A stretch of DNA of 64,000 nucleotides from assembly GCA_002269645.1 (NCBI GenBank), contig NIVC01000166.1, positions 186,001-250,000 on the forward strand, written 5' to 3'. The position numbers and the translations under genes were made by a program. Each line of letters opens with the position of its first letter. The first letter of the stretch is position 1. Shown piece after piece: positions 47,851 to 60,139 of the stretch. Source of the stretch: Macrostomum lignano. Taxonomy: Eukaryota. Under the pieces are notes generated by a model that worked only from the letters and a program-made list of their open reading frames with translations, did not search any database and was not told the origin of the DNA.

Positions 47851-49124
47851 CGGCAAGTTCGAAGATGCTAAGTGACGGTGTAATGATGGTGAATGATCGA
47901 TGTGACATTTTGTTATTAAGAAACAGTCTTAGTCCGTTTCTTGTCACTGCAGCCTCTGATGTCCCGCCACTTGCCCACGTTCTCCATTGTTTTCAAACAG
48001 GAAATTAATTTTCCATAGAACGCTTCTCGCTATTCACCTTAATGTGGACAGGTTTTTGCCTGAGATCGATCATCCTGTGAAGCCCATGAAACTTCATTCC
48101 GTGCGACCGATAGAATTAGAGAGCTGACGTGTGCAGTACAAAGGAAAATTGTTGTGGCAAGTAAGCATTTGCTTCTGTACCTTTTCTCTAGGGCGAATGG
48201 AAGATCTTCCGCTACTGAGCGGATTTCGGCTGGGTAGAGCAAATCCGCCTCGACAAGGTAGCCGATTGGAGCGCCATCGTCAAGGGCAGGAAAGCGGCAG
48301 TCGGACCAGGGCAGATCCGAAAACTTTCAAGACCTTCAGTAGACTAATTTACCACTTCGCAGTTCACAAAGTTCACAAAGTTCACCAAGACAATAAACCC
48401 AGAAAAATAATCAACGTTGCAGCAACGCTACATATCAAACGGCAACTGTGCTGCCAGGCAAATAATTTGGATTTTGTAGTTACTGAATAACCGGTTCAAA
48501 AATACGGCAAATAAAGCCGGGCGGGAAGCAGAAAAACAAAAATCTAAAAGTGAGAATATGAAAAAAATATTTTAATTGGTAACATTGGCAGGCTAGTGTG
48601 TTAAGGACGAGGCGGAAGTAGATTGAGATGGAGCCCGGAGCTCTTCCAGATTAAGCAGGTGCAAAGCAAGGCGATGCAAGTCACACAACAGCCCGCACTC
48701 CGCAAGTTCGCAGAGGTTTAAAGAAAACGCCTATAATTCAGCCACTATTGTTAAGCAAGCAGCTGTCTACCCCCCACCCCCCAGACTCTCTCTAATAGAG
48801 CCTCCCCATCCCATGGCCTGAAGGATGTTTATAATACGAAAAATATATCACAATAGAGACAGCAGCTATAAATAGCTTGAAGGTGTACAAAGTTGACAGC
48901 CAAATTGTGCACACGAACGCTTCTATTGTGTAAATAGAAAATTTCTATTGGCGGACAGAGCCGGGCCCACATTGCTGATGCCGACTATGAGCAGAAAAAA
49001 TAGAAAAAAACACTTTATACATGCACATACTTTAGAGCTGCGTAAACAAGCGACAAAATAGCTGCGAGAAGAGAACTTCATCTCAGAACGGAGCAACCCT
49101 GAGCAGCAGAGATTTCAAACAGCC

Positions 49125-49564
49125 ATGCAAGCGTCAGGAATAATTGCAAATTTAGCCTTAATTGCACTTTGTCTGTCTGCCTTCAACGGAATAATTGGTA
49201 AGTTTTCAAGTCTAGGTATAAAGAGTCAAGTTTTGTGTTAATAGAGCACGATTTTTATTGACATTAAAAACGAATTTGCAGGGCCAACTGAGGCAGCGGA
49301 CTGCTCAACAGTCACCTGCCACAACGGCGGCACCTGCAACAACTTTACAGTCAGCCCGCCCTGCCTCTGTCCACTGCCCTACATCGCACCTTACTGCTCA
49401 GCTGCTGCAGACTACTGCTTCACCCTGCAGCCTGACAAGGGCATCAACGCACTGCCTGTGTGCCTGAATGGCGGCACCTGCACTCTGGCCTACACCGATC
49501 CGTACTTTAACTGCAGCTGTCCTGATAGCCACACAGGTTAATGAGCTAATGCCTAGTCTGTTTC

Positions 49565-49633
<69 letters not shown>

Positions 49634-50225
49634 TCTTACGCTACAAAGCAATTAGAATACACTAATGGTGTACAAAACCACAAAGCAATGCACATGTGAT
49701 CCAGCAAAAATTCGCCTATATTTGATGGTGTTTACTGTCTGACTGAGGCTCTGGCATCGCCACCCACTTTAATTTCACTTCTATTGTCTAAAATTGTGCA
49801 CAGATGTGCGCTGCAATGCAACGGTAACAACCACAGCGCCCGTGTCTACGACTACAGAGCCGGGATTAACAGGCGGCGAAATAGTGGCGATTGTGATTTG
49901 CATTACTTTCGCTGTCGCGGGCGTTGTAATTGTGATATTGATTTTCTGCAAAGTCATTCCTGTACCAGAGTCATGCACTCTGTGCATTGATAGTTGTCGC
50001 AGTTCCTGCAAATGCCAGTGCGAATGCTGCCAATGCGAATGCTGCCAATGCGAATACTGCCAGTGCGAGTGCGAATGCCGCAGATCGGTAAGCACAGAAT
50101 GCACTCTGTATAGTGAGCCCGATTCAAATTGGTTCTCACAATCTGATTCACCAATTGCAACTTCAGGAAGTCAACCCAGAACCGGAAACCGAGAAAGTCT
50201 GATGAAACGAAAATTGTACTTTTGA
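49125..50225 (+). CDS. Type I membrane protein with 2 EGF-like domains and a Cys-rich cytoplasmic tail (paralogue B)
   Basis: Exons 49125-49197, 49282-49536 and 49804-50225, phase 1. The EGF exon is nearly identical to paralogue A. TM IVAIVICITFAVAGVVIVILIFC, followed by CKCQCECCQCECCQCEYCQCECEC. Confidence 0.8.
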
Positions 50226-50502
50226 AACCGTATCTAACCGTGCGCAGACGTTTGAATAGGTAAACAATAACTTTGTATATACCGGTAAATTTGCTTTTCA
50301 AAACTGATTTTTAAATCATAATCTCATTTTGTTTTTCTTTTTTTTTGGCTTACTGTTTAGACTGTGTACTTTGATATTTTTAGGATGTGCGCATGCGAAA
50401 AATACACTGATTTGACAACCAGTTTGTTCCATAACCACTGAGTTGTGCTTCTTCTCCAAACTTTCAAATAGCTAGACTTTTACTGCTTGTTTTCCTGTCT
50501 TG

Positions 50503-50545
<43 letters not shown>

Positions 50546-50559
50546 AGTGTGCCAACATC

Positions 50560-52100
50560 CAGCGGGTTGCTGTCTCGTCCAGGGATGGCAGTCTGGAAGC
50601 CCCTCCCTGATGTTAAGTGTGGGGAGGTGGGTGCACGCTAGACCAGATGAAACTCGCGTACGTGATTCTGGGCCGGAGGATGCCGGTGTAATCCAACGGA
50701 CCGTTTTCGGGGAGAGGCTCGAGGTTTGCCCGATGGCTCTGCGCACCAATGATGCTGTCAATGTGCGTCGTCCAGCGCAGATCATGCGTTAGCGTCACAC
50801 GTACCGAGATACTTGACCTCCTTCTCGAAGGGGATGTTTCTACCATAAACAGTTGAGGTTTTGCATCTCCCATGCACGCTCGGCGCTTGGTGAAGATGAC
50901 AACGACTGTTTTTGCGATGCTGATTTTTAAGCCATGCTGTGTGGCCCAGTCAGCCGCCTTGCTGGCAAATTGCTGCATCAGGTTGCGTAGCCTCGCCCTG
51001 GGGGCCGAACTAGCTAGCACACTCGTTCACTAGGCCGAAACTTCACATTTCCAAAAAATCATTTAGCAGCCTCTTTTACTAGGCCGAAACTTATGAAAGA
51101 GTGCAGTGCACTAGCCATTTCGGCAATGTCAAAGTGAAAGAGGCTGCTAAAATGTTTTTCGGCAATGTAAAGTTTTCGGCCTAGTGAAACCACCCCGCCC
51201 CCGTGATGCTGCTGGGAATGTCAGCGGTCAGAAGTTCGTCCATGACGAGATTCCACAGAAATGGAGTGAGCACGCCGTTTTTGGGGCCACCTTTTATCGG
51301 GTGCAGGTAGCGCCCATAAGCGTGGAAGTGCGACATATACATTTTGCGGACCATAAAATCAATTTGTTCCCGTTGGTGTCAGGGCGATTTGAACGGCTTA
51401 AACGAATTTGCCGCCAGCTGGAGCGGTGGGCGGAAAGCAAAAGAAGTAGGCGGTCGCTGGGTCGCTGTGGTCATCGACCACATACTCCGGGCCATCAACC
51501 TGCAGAAAGCAGGTGGAGAATAGTAGATTAAGCAAGCCTTCACGATCAGCATTGGTAGTGTAGGTTACCATCCAGGTGCAGAAGGGAGTTGCACTGAGCG
51601 AGCATGTCGTGCCTGGAGGAACTTGGCTGACCAGCCGAGTCGTGGAGTGCTGCCCATCGAGGCTGGCGCAGTAGGCCTTCCAGGTGGTCTTCTTATCCCT
51701 TGTATGGTGCTTTTGTGAGTCCTTAGTGCAGGCAGAGTAGTAGTTCTCCTAGTCGTTCGAGCCGTTGCAGCCGGCGGGTGTTTTTCTTCATGCGAGTGAG
51801 CTCAGGACTCCACCAGGAATTCAATTTAGGGGCCTCAGCGCGTATGGCGGGGTTCAGGATCTCAACGAGGGAGTTCTCTGCGAGAACCTGTCCAGTCGGC
51901 CTTCAGGTTGAAGCGGTTTCGGCTCTCCAGGCGGGCTCCGTCGGAGCTGATGCTGTACTGGATGTACGAGTGGTCGGAAAGCGAGGGGATATCATCCATA
52001 CATGTAAGCAGCCAGTTGTGGACCTGATTAAGGGGTTTTTAGAAATGAGAGTGAGATCAGTAACCTCTCGCTTTAGGTGGGTGATGCAGGCTTTCAGGTG
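50560..52100 (-). mobile_element. Decayed non-LTR retrotransposon (APE + RT; R1/LOA-like) with internal deletions
   Basis: Fragments in shifting frames: SDHSYIQY and WWSPEL (endonuclease end/linker), GGPKNGVLTPFLWNLVMDELL (RT), [33 protein letters not shown]. Confidence 0.75.
51026..51188. mobile_element. Small TIR element inserted in the LINE RT
   Basis: TTCACTAGGCCGAAA at the left end and TTTCGGCCTAGTGAA at the right, plus internal inverted gcagcctcttt / aaagaggctgc. No TSD seen. Confidence 0.7.
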
Positions 52101-53096
52101 GGTAATATTGGCTTTCAGGTGGGTAATGCAGGCTTTCAGGTGGGTAAAATTGCTCATATTTTTTCTCTATGACTTTGCTTACGGTCTACTTTGATTTTTT
52201 AAAGATTTGCGCATGCGAATAATACACATATGATATCTATTTTTTTCCATATTTTATCAGTCATTTTGTCTGTCTGTCCGTCTTAAAATTCGTTCACACC
52301 GATCAAAATCTTAGCTTCTGTTAAGCAATGGAGAGATAGCCATATCAATTTTTACGATCGTACTTTCTGTGTATCTGGCATAACAGCCAAGTCAAGTGCA
52401 ATTTTACCTATCAGAACGCTTCTCAATGTTACCCCATTGTGCCGCAATGACAACGATCTGGATATAAAAGGCCAAATCAAGTGCGACCGAAAGCAACTCA
52501 ACAGTAAAACGGCTGCCGCACGAGCCAGAATATCCGCTGGGGAGAAGCAGCGATTGATGGACGCAGTTGAGCGAGGAGAATACTGCTTGGACTTGGCAGA
52601 GTGAGTAGAAGGCATGAGGGGGCTTCTGGGACAAAATTTTTCACCTCCTCCATAATCCCATTAAATCCATCCATATTATCCCTGACAGAATCAGAAAAAA
52701 AGGGGGGTCGCACTCGCTCACAAAACGTCCTCCATAATCCCATTAAATCCATCCATATTATCCCTGACAGAATCATGAACAAGGGGAGGGGCCGCACTTG
52801 CTCCGAAAACTTCGAACTTAATCCCATTAAATCCATCCATATTATCCCTGACAGAATCAGAGCAGGTGTCCACTGATACCTGTTATGCTCACTGTGGACA
52901 CTTGTTATGCTCACTGACACAGACATAATCCACCAACATCCACCCATAGCATCTTCGAAACAATCAGAAAATAATCTGCATTCTTCTCCCATGGGGCCCA
53001 CATTCAATCCGAAGCGTTGAAACCAGATCCCTAAGACTTTAAATCCCCTAACCCAGGGTCCTTACCCTTTGAAAAAAAAATAAATTCTCAATAAAA

Positions 53097-53333
53097 ATGT
53101 TTCCAGTTGTCTCTCCAGGTTCTTATTACAAAGCGCACGAGCCTAACTACAAGAGTAAGTACCGATGCAAACTAGAATGCAACGAATACATGAGAAAATA
53201 TTGGCCCGATGTTGATATCAATGTCCCTAATATTAATAAAGCACTTAAATCTCACTGGTTTGAAAAACACGGAGTAGTCATTAACGATTTTGACAGCTAT
53301 TATAACTTTGCTGAAGTTATAAGACAGTTGTAA
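53097..53333 (+). CDS. Small hypothetical protein (78 aa), probably viral
   Basis: ATG in the same AAAAATG context as the Polinton genes. No homology recognised. Confidence 0.4.
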   Translation: MFPVVSPGSYYKAHEPNYKSKYRCKLECNEYMRKYWPDVDINVPNINKALKSHWFEKHGVVINDFDSYYNFAEVIRQL

Positions 53334-53689
53334 TTTTTCTCACATTCTCTCAATGATCAACGTCAATACGAACTCTTCACCGTTGAAATCAACACCCACT
53401 ACTATAAGGAGTACTATATAGGAGTACTATATGCTAGGACTACTATTAGTAGATAATGAGTTTTTGTTTGCGACAAATATCCGACAAACTGTCGGATTTT
53501 TTTTGCTCAACAAAAACTGTCGGAAAACTGCCGGAAAACTGTCGGAAAACTGTCGGAAAACCACCTCAAATACTGGGAAATTCACTGTCGATGTACGCAG
53601 TCTCTATTTGGCGTGTGCAATGCAAATCCCCCTCCCGGTTCTCTCTTCTCCCAAACACCCGCTAATCCAGCTGAATTTTCTTACTTGAA

Positions 53690-54139
53690 TCATTCTGCTC
53701 TCTCAACCCCCAGCTCTTTCAACAGTCTTCCTAATTCTTTACTTGGTGCGTGCAACGCAAAGCCCACCCCTTCTCCCAAACCAACCCCCAACCCCAACTT
53801 TGTTTTACCAAAAATAACAGCTTTAACTAGCTTCCGAGCGATCGACTCACGAAATCCGCTTGAAGCCCCTATATTGTCTAGTCTCTTAAGCATTTCTTTG
53901 TCCCAGCGATTCTTCTCCTCAGGAAAATCTCTATATTTAACGTCGTGCCACATGCAGACAGAGTCTAGCTCGTTCACAGGCTCATGCCCAGGATGTGGAT
54001 TATTGTTTTTATCTAACTGTATTTCAAGTGGATTCAAAGGCCCGCAATATTTATAGCCGGGAAGTGTCCAGCCTTTGTTTGGACGAGGAAGCTTTTCTAT
54101 CAGTCCATGTGAATCTATTTTACCACCAGAGCGCTGCAT
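53690..54139 (-). CDS. Parvovirus-VP1u-like phospholipase A2 (adintovirus PLA2X type), 149 aa
   Basis: TLPGYKYCGP Ca2+-binding loop, DSVCMWHDVKY catalytic His-Asp and downstream DKEML. ATG at 54139 in an A-rich context. Confidence 0.85.
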   Translation of the reverse strand: MQRSGGKIDSHGLIEKLPRPNKGWTLPGYKYCGPLNPLEIQLDKNNNPHPGHEPVNELDSVCMWHDVKYRDFPEEKNRWDKEMLKRLDNIGASSGFRESIARKLVKAVIFGKTKLGLGVGLGEGVGFALHAPSKELGRLLKELGVERAE

Positions 54140-54169
54140 TATTTTATTTAAAATTTTCTTTTTAAATAA

Positions 54170-55207
54170 ATGACAGATCAGAAACTTAAAAAACTCTACT
54201 ACAGCGACAAAGGATTCTTTGTAGGCAAAAATGCTGTTAGTAAACTCATGGAGCTGAGTAAAGAGCCAAAAGCTACAGTAGAAAAATGGCTCTCTAAGCA
54301 GGCTGTCTTTCAAGTCTATTTCCCACCAGTAAAATTTGAAAGGCCCCATTTCAGTATTTATAAACCTAATGAAGCGCACCAAGCAGATCTTTTGTTTCTC
54401 CCCAACGACTCAGGCTACAAGTATGCTCTTACAATTATTGACATTGCTTCCAGATATAAGGAAGCTCGCCCACTCAAGACGAAGAAGTCAGAGGTTGTTG
54501 CCAGTGCACTGCAAGATATTTATAAAAACTCTCCGCTCACATACCCCCAAATCTTTATGACCGACCCGGGTAAGGAATTCATGGGTGTAGTGAAATCCCT
54601 TATGGAAAAGAAAAACACAGAGATTCGCTATGGCAGAACAAACTTGCACAGAGACCAGGCTTTTGTGGAAAGATTCAATCTAACTCTAGCCAAGAGGCTA
54701 TTCACTAAGCAGACAGCTGAAGAGCTGAAACTAAAAAGTGGTCAGTACTATACCAAGTGGTCAGACCGGCTCCCCACTGTTATAGAGCAACTGAACAATG
54801 AAGTCACACGCATGACTGGATTGAAACCATCCCATGCAATTAAACAAGACACTGTCGAACTTAAGGCATCTCATAGAACAGACAACAACACGACAACCCC
54901 ACACAACACACACAACACAAAACACACCTCGAACTACCCTAAGCTTCCAGGAGTTGAATCACCATACATACTGACAAACTCTGAGTTTCTACGCTTTTTA
55001 TATCTACCTGGAGAGCTAGAGAAGGACACCAAAAGAAGAGCTACAGATCCATACTTCAGCCTTGATGTACATAAAATAGACAGACATTTTACCTCCGACT
55101 CTGGAGAATATTACTTTTTATCTCAAGCCTTTAACCATAAATCCCCCACGCGGTCATTCACTAGAGCTGAACTCCTAGTGATACCAGCTGACACGGAAAT
55201 TAATTAA
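54170..55207 (+). CDS. Retroviral-like (rve) integrase of the Polinton
   Basis: HQADLLF...YALTIIDIASRY, MTDPGKEF and AFVERFNLTL give an intact D-D-E; the ORF is uninterrupted. Confidence 0.93.
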   Translation: MTDQKLKKLYYSDKGFFVGKNAVSKLMELSKEPKATVEKWLSKQAVFQVYFPPVKFERPHFSIYKPNEAHQADLLFLPNDSGYKYALTIIDIASRYKEARPLKTKKSEVVASALQDIYKNSPLTYPQIFMTDPGKEFMGVVKSLMEKKNTEIRYGRTNLHRDQAFVERFNLTLAKRLFTKQTAEELKLKSGQYYTKWSDRLPTVIEQLNNEVTRMTGLKPSHAIKQDTVELKASHRTDNNTTTPHNTHNTKHTSNYPKLPGVESPYILTNSEFLRFLYLPGELEKDTKRRATDPYFSLDVHKIDRHFTSDSGEYYFLSQAFNHKSPTRSFTRAELLVIPADTEIN

Positions 55208-55223
55208 AATATTAAAATAAAAA

Positions 55224-55680
55224 ATGACAAAGATTGAAACCAGAACCATCAATAAACTCAATAAAATCATTGAATCAAAGAAACCAGGTCTTATATCAAT
55301 TAAAGGTATCAAAGTAAAAATCGATCCCACGCAGCAAATAGTTCAATGTAATGAGCAAAGACACAGCATCACAGATGAAAAGTTAGGAGGAATCCTACCA
55401 TTAGCAGCTCTTATCCCGATTATTGCAGGCGCTGTAAGTGCCGCAGGTGGTGTAGCTGGAGGTGTAGCAACTGCTGTTAAAGCTGGGAATGATAGAGCTT
55501 CACCAGCTAGAATTGCAAAAGATTGCAAGAGACAAAGGTATAACAATTAAGGCAGGAGAGGGCTGCCCTGATTTTGATGATTGTGATGATTGTGAGCATG
55601 AAAATTCTGTAAGCAAGTCTGACATTGTCAAAGCCATCATGACACTGCACAATGCTGGGTTTACAATAATGCGCATGTGA
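55224..55680 (+). CDS. Putative core protein with an adenovirus pX-like hydrophobic motif; frameshift at ~55490
   Basis: LGGILPLAALIPIIAGAVSAAGGVAGGVATAV. The overlapping frame continues IELHQLELQKIARDKG. Confidence 0.55.
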
Positions 55681-55804
55681 TGAGGTTTAAAACCCCACTT
55701 TATCCAGCTTCATAAACCTAACACTACTTATAGGATGTAGAAACAGTTCAACTTTTCTATCAGGGTGGTCACCCTCAAATTTTTTTTTTATTTTAGAGAA
55801 AAAA

Positions 55805-58800
55805 ATGCCAAAAGCTAATCCAGCAAAAGATTTAGTCAACAAATATTTTTCGTCTCATTTAAGGCGTCTCATTTCAAGACAAAAGTAATTCACTAAGAGA
55901 AGCATGCAAACAAAAGTTCAACACCGACCCTGGTCACCTGGGAAGCTATGAAAAACAGTTGGAAATCATCAATCAATTAGAATCAAACCAGTATGCGCCT
56001 ATAAAAAATTCTGCAAAGGAACACCAAGAGAGGAGTCGCAACTTAGTTAACAAATATGAAACTCTCACTGGTGAAAAAGCAAAGTACCCACAAAATAAGC
56101 AGGAACAAGAGAAATTAGAGCAATTAATCCATTTAAAAGAGTCGGAGCTTGCCACTGAAGAGATTAATTTTGCACAGAGGAAGTTTACAGAACATTACAT
56201 AGAGTACACAATCCCAATTAACGGCACCAACGGTACCACCGCAAATATCTACGACTATAAAGACAGCATTCAATCAGTTGTTGATCACACACTCAAAACA
56301 CGCAAGACCTTTAAACTACAGATATCATTCAAGATTGCGTTTTATATGCCTGCAAAACCCACTGAGCATCTCGAGTATTACATGACAACAAAGGCAAAGC
56401 CATTCACCCCTACAGACACACTGGATCCTTTCCTTCAAGATGTCACTAAGAAAATTGAAGCGTTTACATCCAGAGGTTCCGGATGGGTCGTAGGAGGGAT
56501 TCAAAGAGCACTGTCATGGTCATGAAATATGACCCACTTAAAGCCTCCTCTTATATAGAGCTCCCGATAAGCTAGCCGGTAAAAAAGCTTGCATAAATGT
56601 TAAAAATAAAGACAATTGCTGTGCTCTATGGGCAGTTCTTTCTGCACTTCTTCATGATAGTGTCCCTCACCACCCCGAAAGAACCTCAAATTATCAAAAT
56701 TATTTCAACTACTATCTCATCGAATGCGAAAAGAAGGGAATCAGGTTTGACAAAGGAGGCTTGGCGATCTCTCAGATCCCAAAGCTAGAAGAAGTGTTTA
56801 ATAACAAAATTAGAATCACAGTCTTTGAGTGGAGTGAAAAACTGAGAAAGTTCAACCGGTCAGATGTAGCAAAGACGTTTTAGATCCGAGGGGAAAAGGC
56901 GGACTGAAGTGGATCTTCTAGTGATTGGTAATTTACTAGAGGAGGCTCACTATGTTTGGATTAAAGATCTTTCAAGACTCATTCACAAGCAGTTGAATAA
57001 TCATCACGAGGCTGTTGCCATCTGCCGCTTGTGCCTTAAGCATTACAGTGGACCTGAACGCTTTGAAAAGCTAACAGAGCATGAATTATCATGCGAGGAT
57101 CACCCGACAAACTGCTCTCTTCCTTCAGCTGAAGAGAAGTATCTCCGTTTAAGAACTATCACAAGATGGAGAAGCTCCCATTTGTTGTATATGCTGATTT
57201 CGAATGCTCAATCGTGCCGAAACTCAAAAACAAACTCAACTCAAAAACAAACTCCAACTCAAAAACAAACTCAAACTCAAAAACATGTCCCCAATTCAGT
57301 AGCATATGCCTTTATTAATACAAAAGGACTTGTTGAGTATAATCATTTCTTTGGAGAGCAGTGTGTGGAGCAGTTTATTGCCAGAATGTTAGAGTTGCAA
57401 AAATTGATTAGCACCCTTCAACCTGTTCCAATAATGATGACTGAGGAGGATGAAAGCAATTTCCTATCAGCAACTCATTGCCACATCTGCAGGAAACAGT
57501 TAACTTGCACTAATATTAAAAACCCGACCGTTAGGGACCACTGCCACTTTACTGGGAAATTTAGAGGTGCAGCGCATAACACCTGTAATCTAAAGCTAAA
57601 ATCGAACATTCATGATCTAACGATATTTTGTCACAACGCAAAGAACTATGACATGCATTTAATAGTTGAAAAAATCGGCATGATTCCAGACATACACCTT
57701 GACTGCATCGCAGAGAACAAGGAGAAGTTTAAGTGTGTTGATATTAAACAGGATAATTCGGGTAAAGGTGAAGGTTCGGGTACAGGTAAAATAAGACTGA
57801 AGGATTCATATCAATTTCTAGCTGCCAGTCTAGACGAACTAAGCAAGAATCTAAAAGATGAACAATGTACATATACAAAGATGTTTGCAAGTAAAATTAA
57901 CAACACTGATGAATCATTTAAACTTTTAAGAAAGAAAGGCTTCTACCCCTATGAAAATATTACTGGGTATCACGTATTTGAAGAAGGTTTACCACCACAG
58001 GAGAAGTTCTTTTCAAAGCTAACAGACTCTGGAATCTCTGACAAAGACTATGAGCACGCGAAGCATGTCTATAATTACTTTAATTGTCAAAACTTCTTCC
58101 AGTATCACCTGCTTTACCTCTTCACAGATGTGTTTCTGCTGGCTGATGTGTTTGAAACCTTCAGATACACCTGGTACACAGCATATGGCCTCGATCCAGC
58201 ACATTATGTGTCTCTGCCTGCCACTAGCTGGGAATCTTTGCTTAAAATGAAATGGGATCAAGATCCAGATTGGTACATTGAACTTCTTACAGACATTGAC
58301 ATGTACAATTTTGTCGAATCGTCAAAGCGAGGGGGAATCTCAATTTGCGTTAACAGGTATGCAAAAGCAAACAATCCCTACATTGAATCTTACAATAAGG
58401 AGCAGCCCTCAAACTACATTACTTACTTGGACGCTAATAATCTCTACGGGTGGGCGATGAGTCAAGATCTTCCAGTTAGAGATTTTCGATGGCTACCCTC
58501 ATCAGAATTAAATGGGACTTTTCATTGGCTGCCATTTATGAGGTTGATGTTTACATTCCACCAGAGCTTCACGACTATTTCTCTGACTTTCCACCCTTCC
58601 CAGAGAACATCAAGTGCCCGAAAATAATCGAAACTCCCAATGATAATAATGGAACTTGGCACCTGTCAGGAACAGAAAAAGAACATACAGAGAAACTAAC
58701 ACAGAATCTAAACAACAAGACACGTTACAAAATCCATTACAAACTGCTTCAGTATTTTATCTCACTTGGTTGCAGGGTCACCAAAGTTCACAGGGCTCTT

Positions 58801-59703
58801 ACATTTACAGAGGAAGCGTGGATGAAACCCTACATTGATAAGAACACCCAGTTTAGGACCAAAGCAACCAACGACTTTGACAAGAACCTCTTTAAGTTGG
58901 CCAACAACTCTGTCTATGGCAAGACTCTTGAGAATGAGCGGAAAAGAACAAACCTGAAACTTGTTACCTCATCAGAGCCTGCTGTTATTCAGGCAAATAT
59001 GTCAAAGCCAACATTCAAAGAACTCCATATCTTTAATAGCTACTTAGGTGTGATCATATTTTACAAAACCAAGGTGACGCTGCGCAAGCCGATCTATACA
59101 GGTGTCACTGTTCTCGACGAATCAAAACGTCTGATGTACCAGTTCTTCTATGGCATGAAGCAGCAGTACAAGGATAAAATGAAACTCTTGTACACTGACA
59201 CAGACAGTTTTATTATGGACATTCAAACAGAAGACATTTATCAGGACATGCTGCAGCAAAAAGATTTGTTTGACTTGTCTGAGTATGATGAATCTTTCAG
59301 GACACAGAATGGCGATCAAGTGTTTGACGCCACTAACAAGAAAGTGATTGGGAAAATGAAGGACGAGATTGCTGGTGACATAATCACTGAATTCATTGGG
59401 TTGAGAGCAAAGTCCTATTTTATAAAATGTGAGTCGTCAGACCCAATCAAAAAATCAAAGGGAATTCCGAAACGTGTAGTTAGGAAGGAAATTAATGAAG
59501 CTGAATACAGAGACGCCTTGAATTGCAACAAAAAGACATCACATGAGTTCTCAAAGCTACAATCTAAAAACCATATTATTCACACAATTCAGCAAAAGAA
59601 GATTGGGCTGTCAGGTGCAGATAACAAGAGATTCATTTTTGATGACAATATCAACAGTCTACCGTTCGGGCACTGGAGGTTGGGTTTAGGAGGTGGAGAC
59701 TAG
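55805..59703 (+). pseudogene. Protein-primed family B DNA polymerase with an Endonuclease VII-like insert; multiple frameshifts
   Basis: Motifs: GSGW, CINVKNKD, YADFE (ExoI, in an alternative frame near 57190), CHIC...VRDHCHFTGKFRGAAHNTCN, HNAKNYD, KGFYPYE, DVFLLADVFE, YLDANNLYGWAM, KLANNSVYGKT, YTDTDS. The pieces lie in different frames. Confidence 0.93.
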
Positions 59704-59742
59704 GTTTAGGTTTAAGAGAAAGTTTAATAAACCTCATAAAAA

Positions 59743-60136
59743 ATGACGACAAATAACTTTCTTGAAGATTTGGCTAACGAACTGAAAGTTTAGAGGAATA
59801 TTTATGAGGGACACTCTGCCTGATTTTCCTCTAAGAAAGGAATGTGGCATCATGAACTTTGACACCACCGATAAGCCAGGATCTCATTGGGTTTGCTGGG
59901 TGATTGATCCCGATCGCAAGCACAAGTGTTATTACTTCGATAGCTATGGGACGGCAGTACCAGAAGAGCTAAGAAATTATATGAAGGGAAAAAATAATAA
60001 AAAAATTTATCGCTCAGACTTTATTCTCCAAGGTCTTAGCAGTGATATTTGCGGTGAGCTGTGCATGACTGTTTTGTATGCAATGACCAAAACACGAAAG
60101 ACCTACAAGGAAATTATTCGTACCTGTGTTTCATAG
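59743..60136 (+). CDS. Adenain-like cysteine maturation protease; frameshift at ~59788
   Basis: FRGIFMRDTLP, GSHWVC, YYFDSYG and ILQ...DICGELC supply His, Asp, Gln and Cys. ATG 59743 is in another frame from the body. Confidence 0.88.
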
Positions 60137-60139
60137 GGT

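Noticed and set aside
47046-47947. Four long overlapping 9-aa-periodic ORFs
   Set aside because: They arise from a 27-bp satellite lacking stops in several frames; no unique coding flanks.
52352-52615. 87-aa hydrophobic ORF next to the Polinton
   Set aside because: No recognisable motif; cannot assign it to host or virus.
53690-54382. 230-aa version of the PLA2 ORF
   Set aside because: The extension uses a non-ATG start antisense to the integrase; ATG 54139 fits the element's start context.
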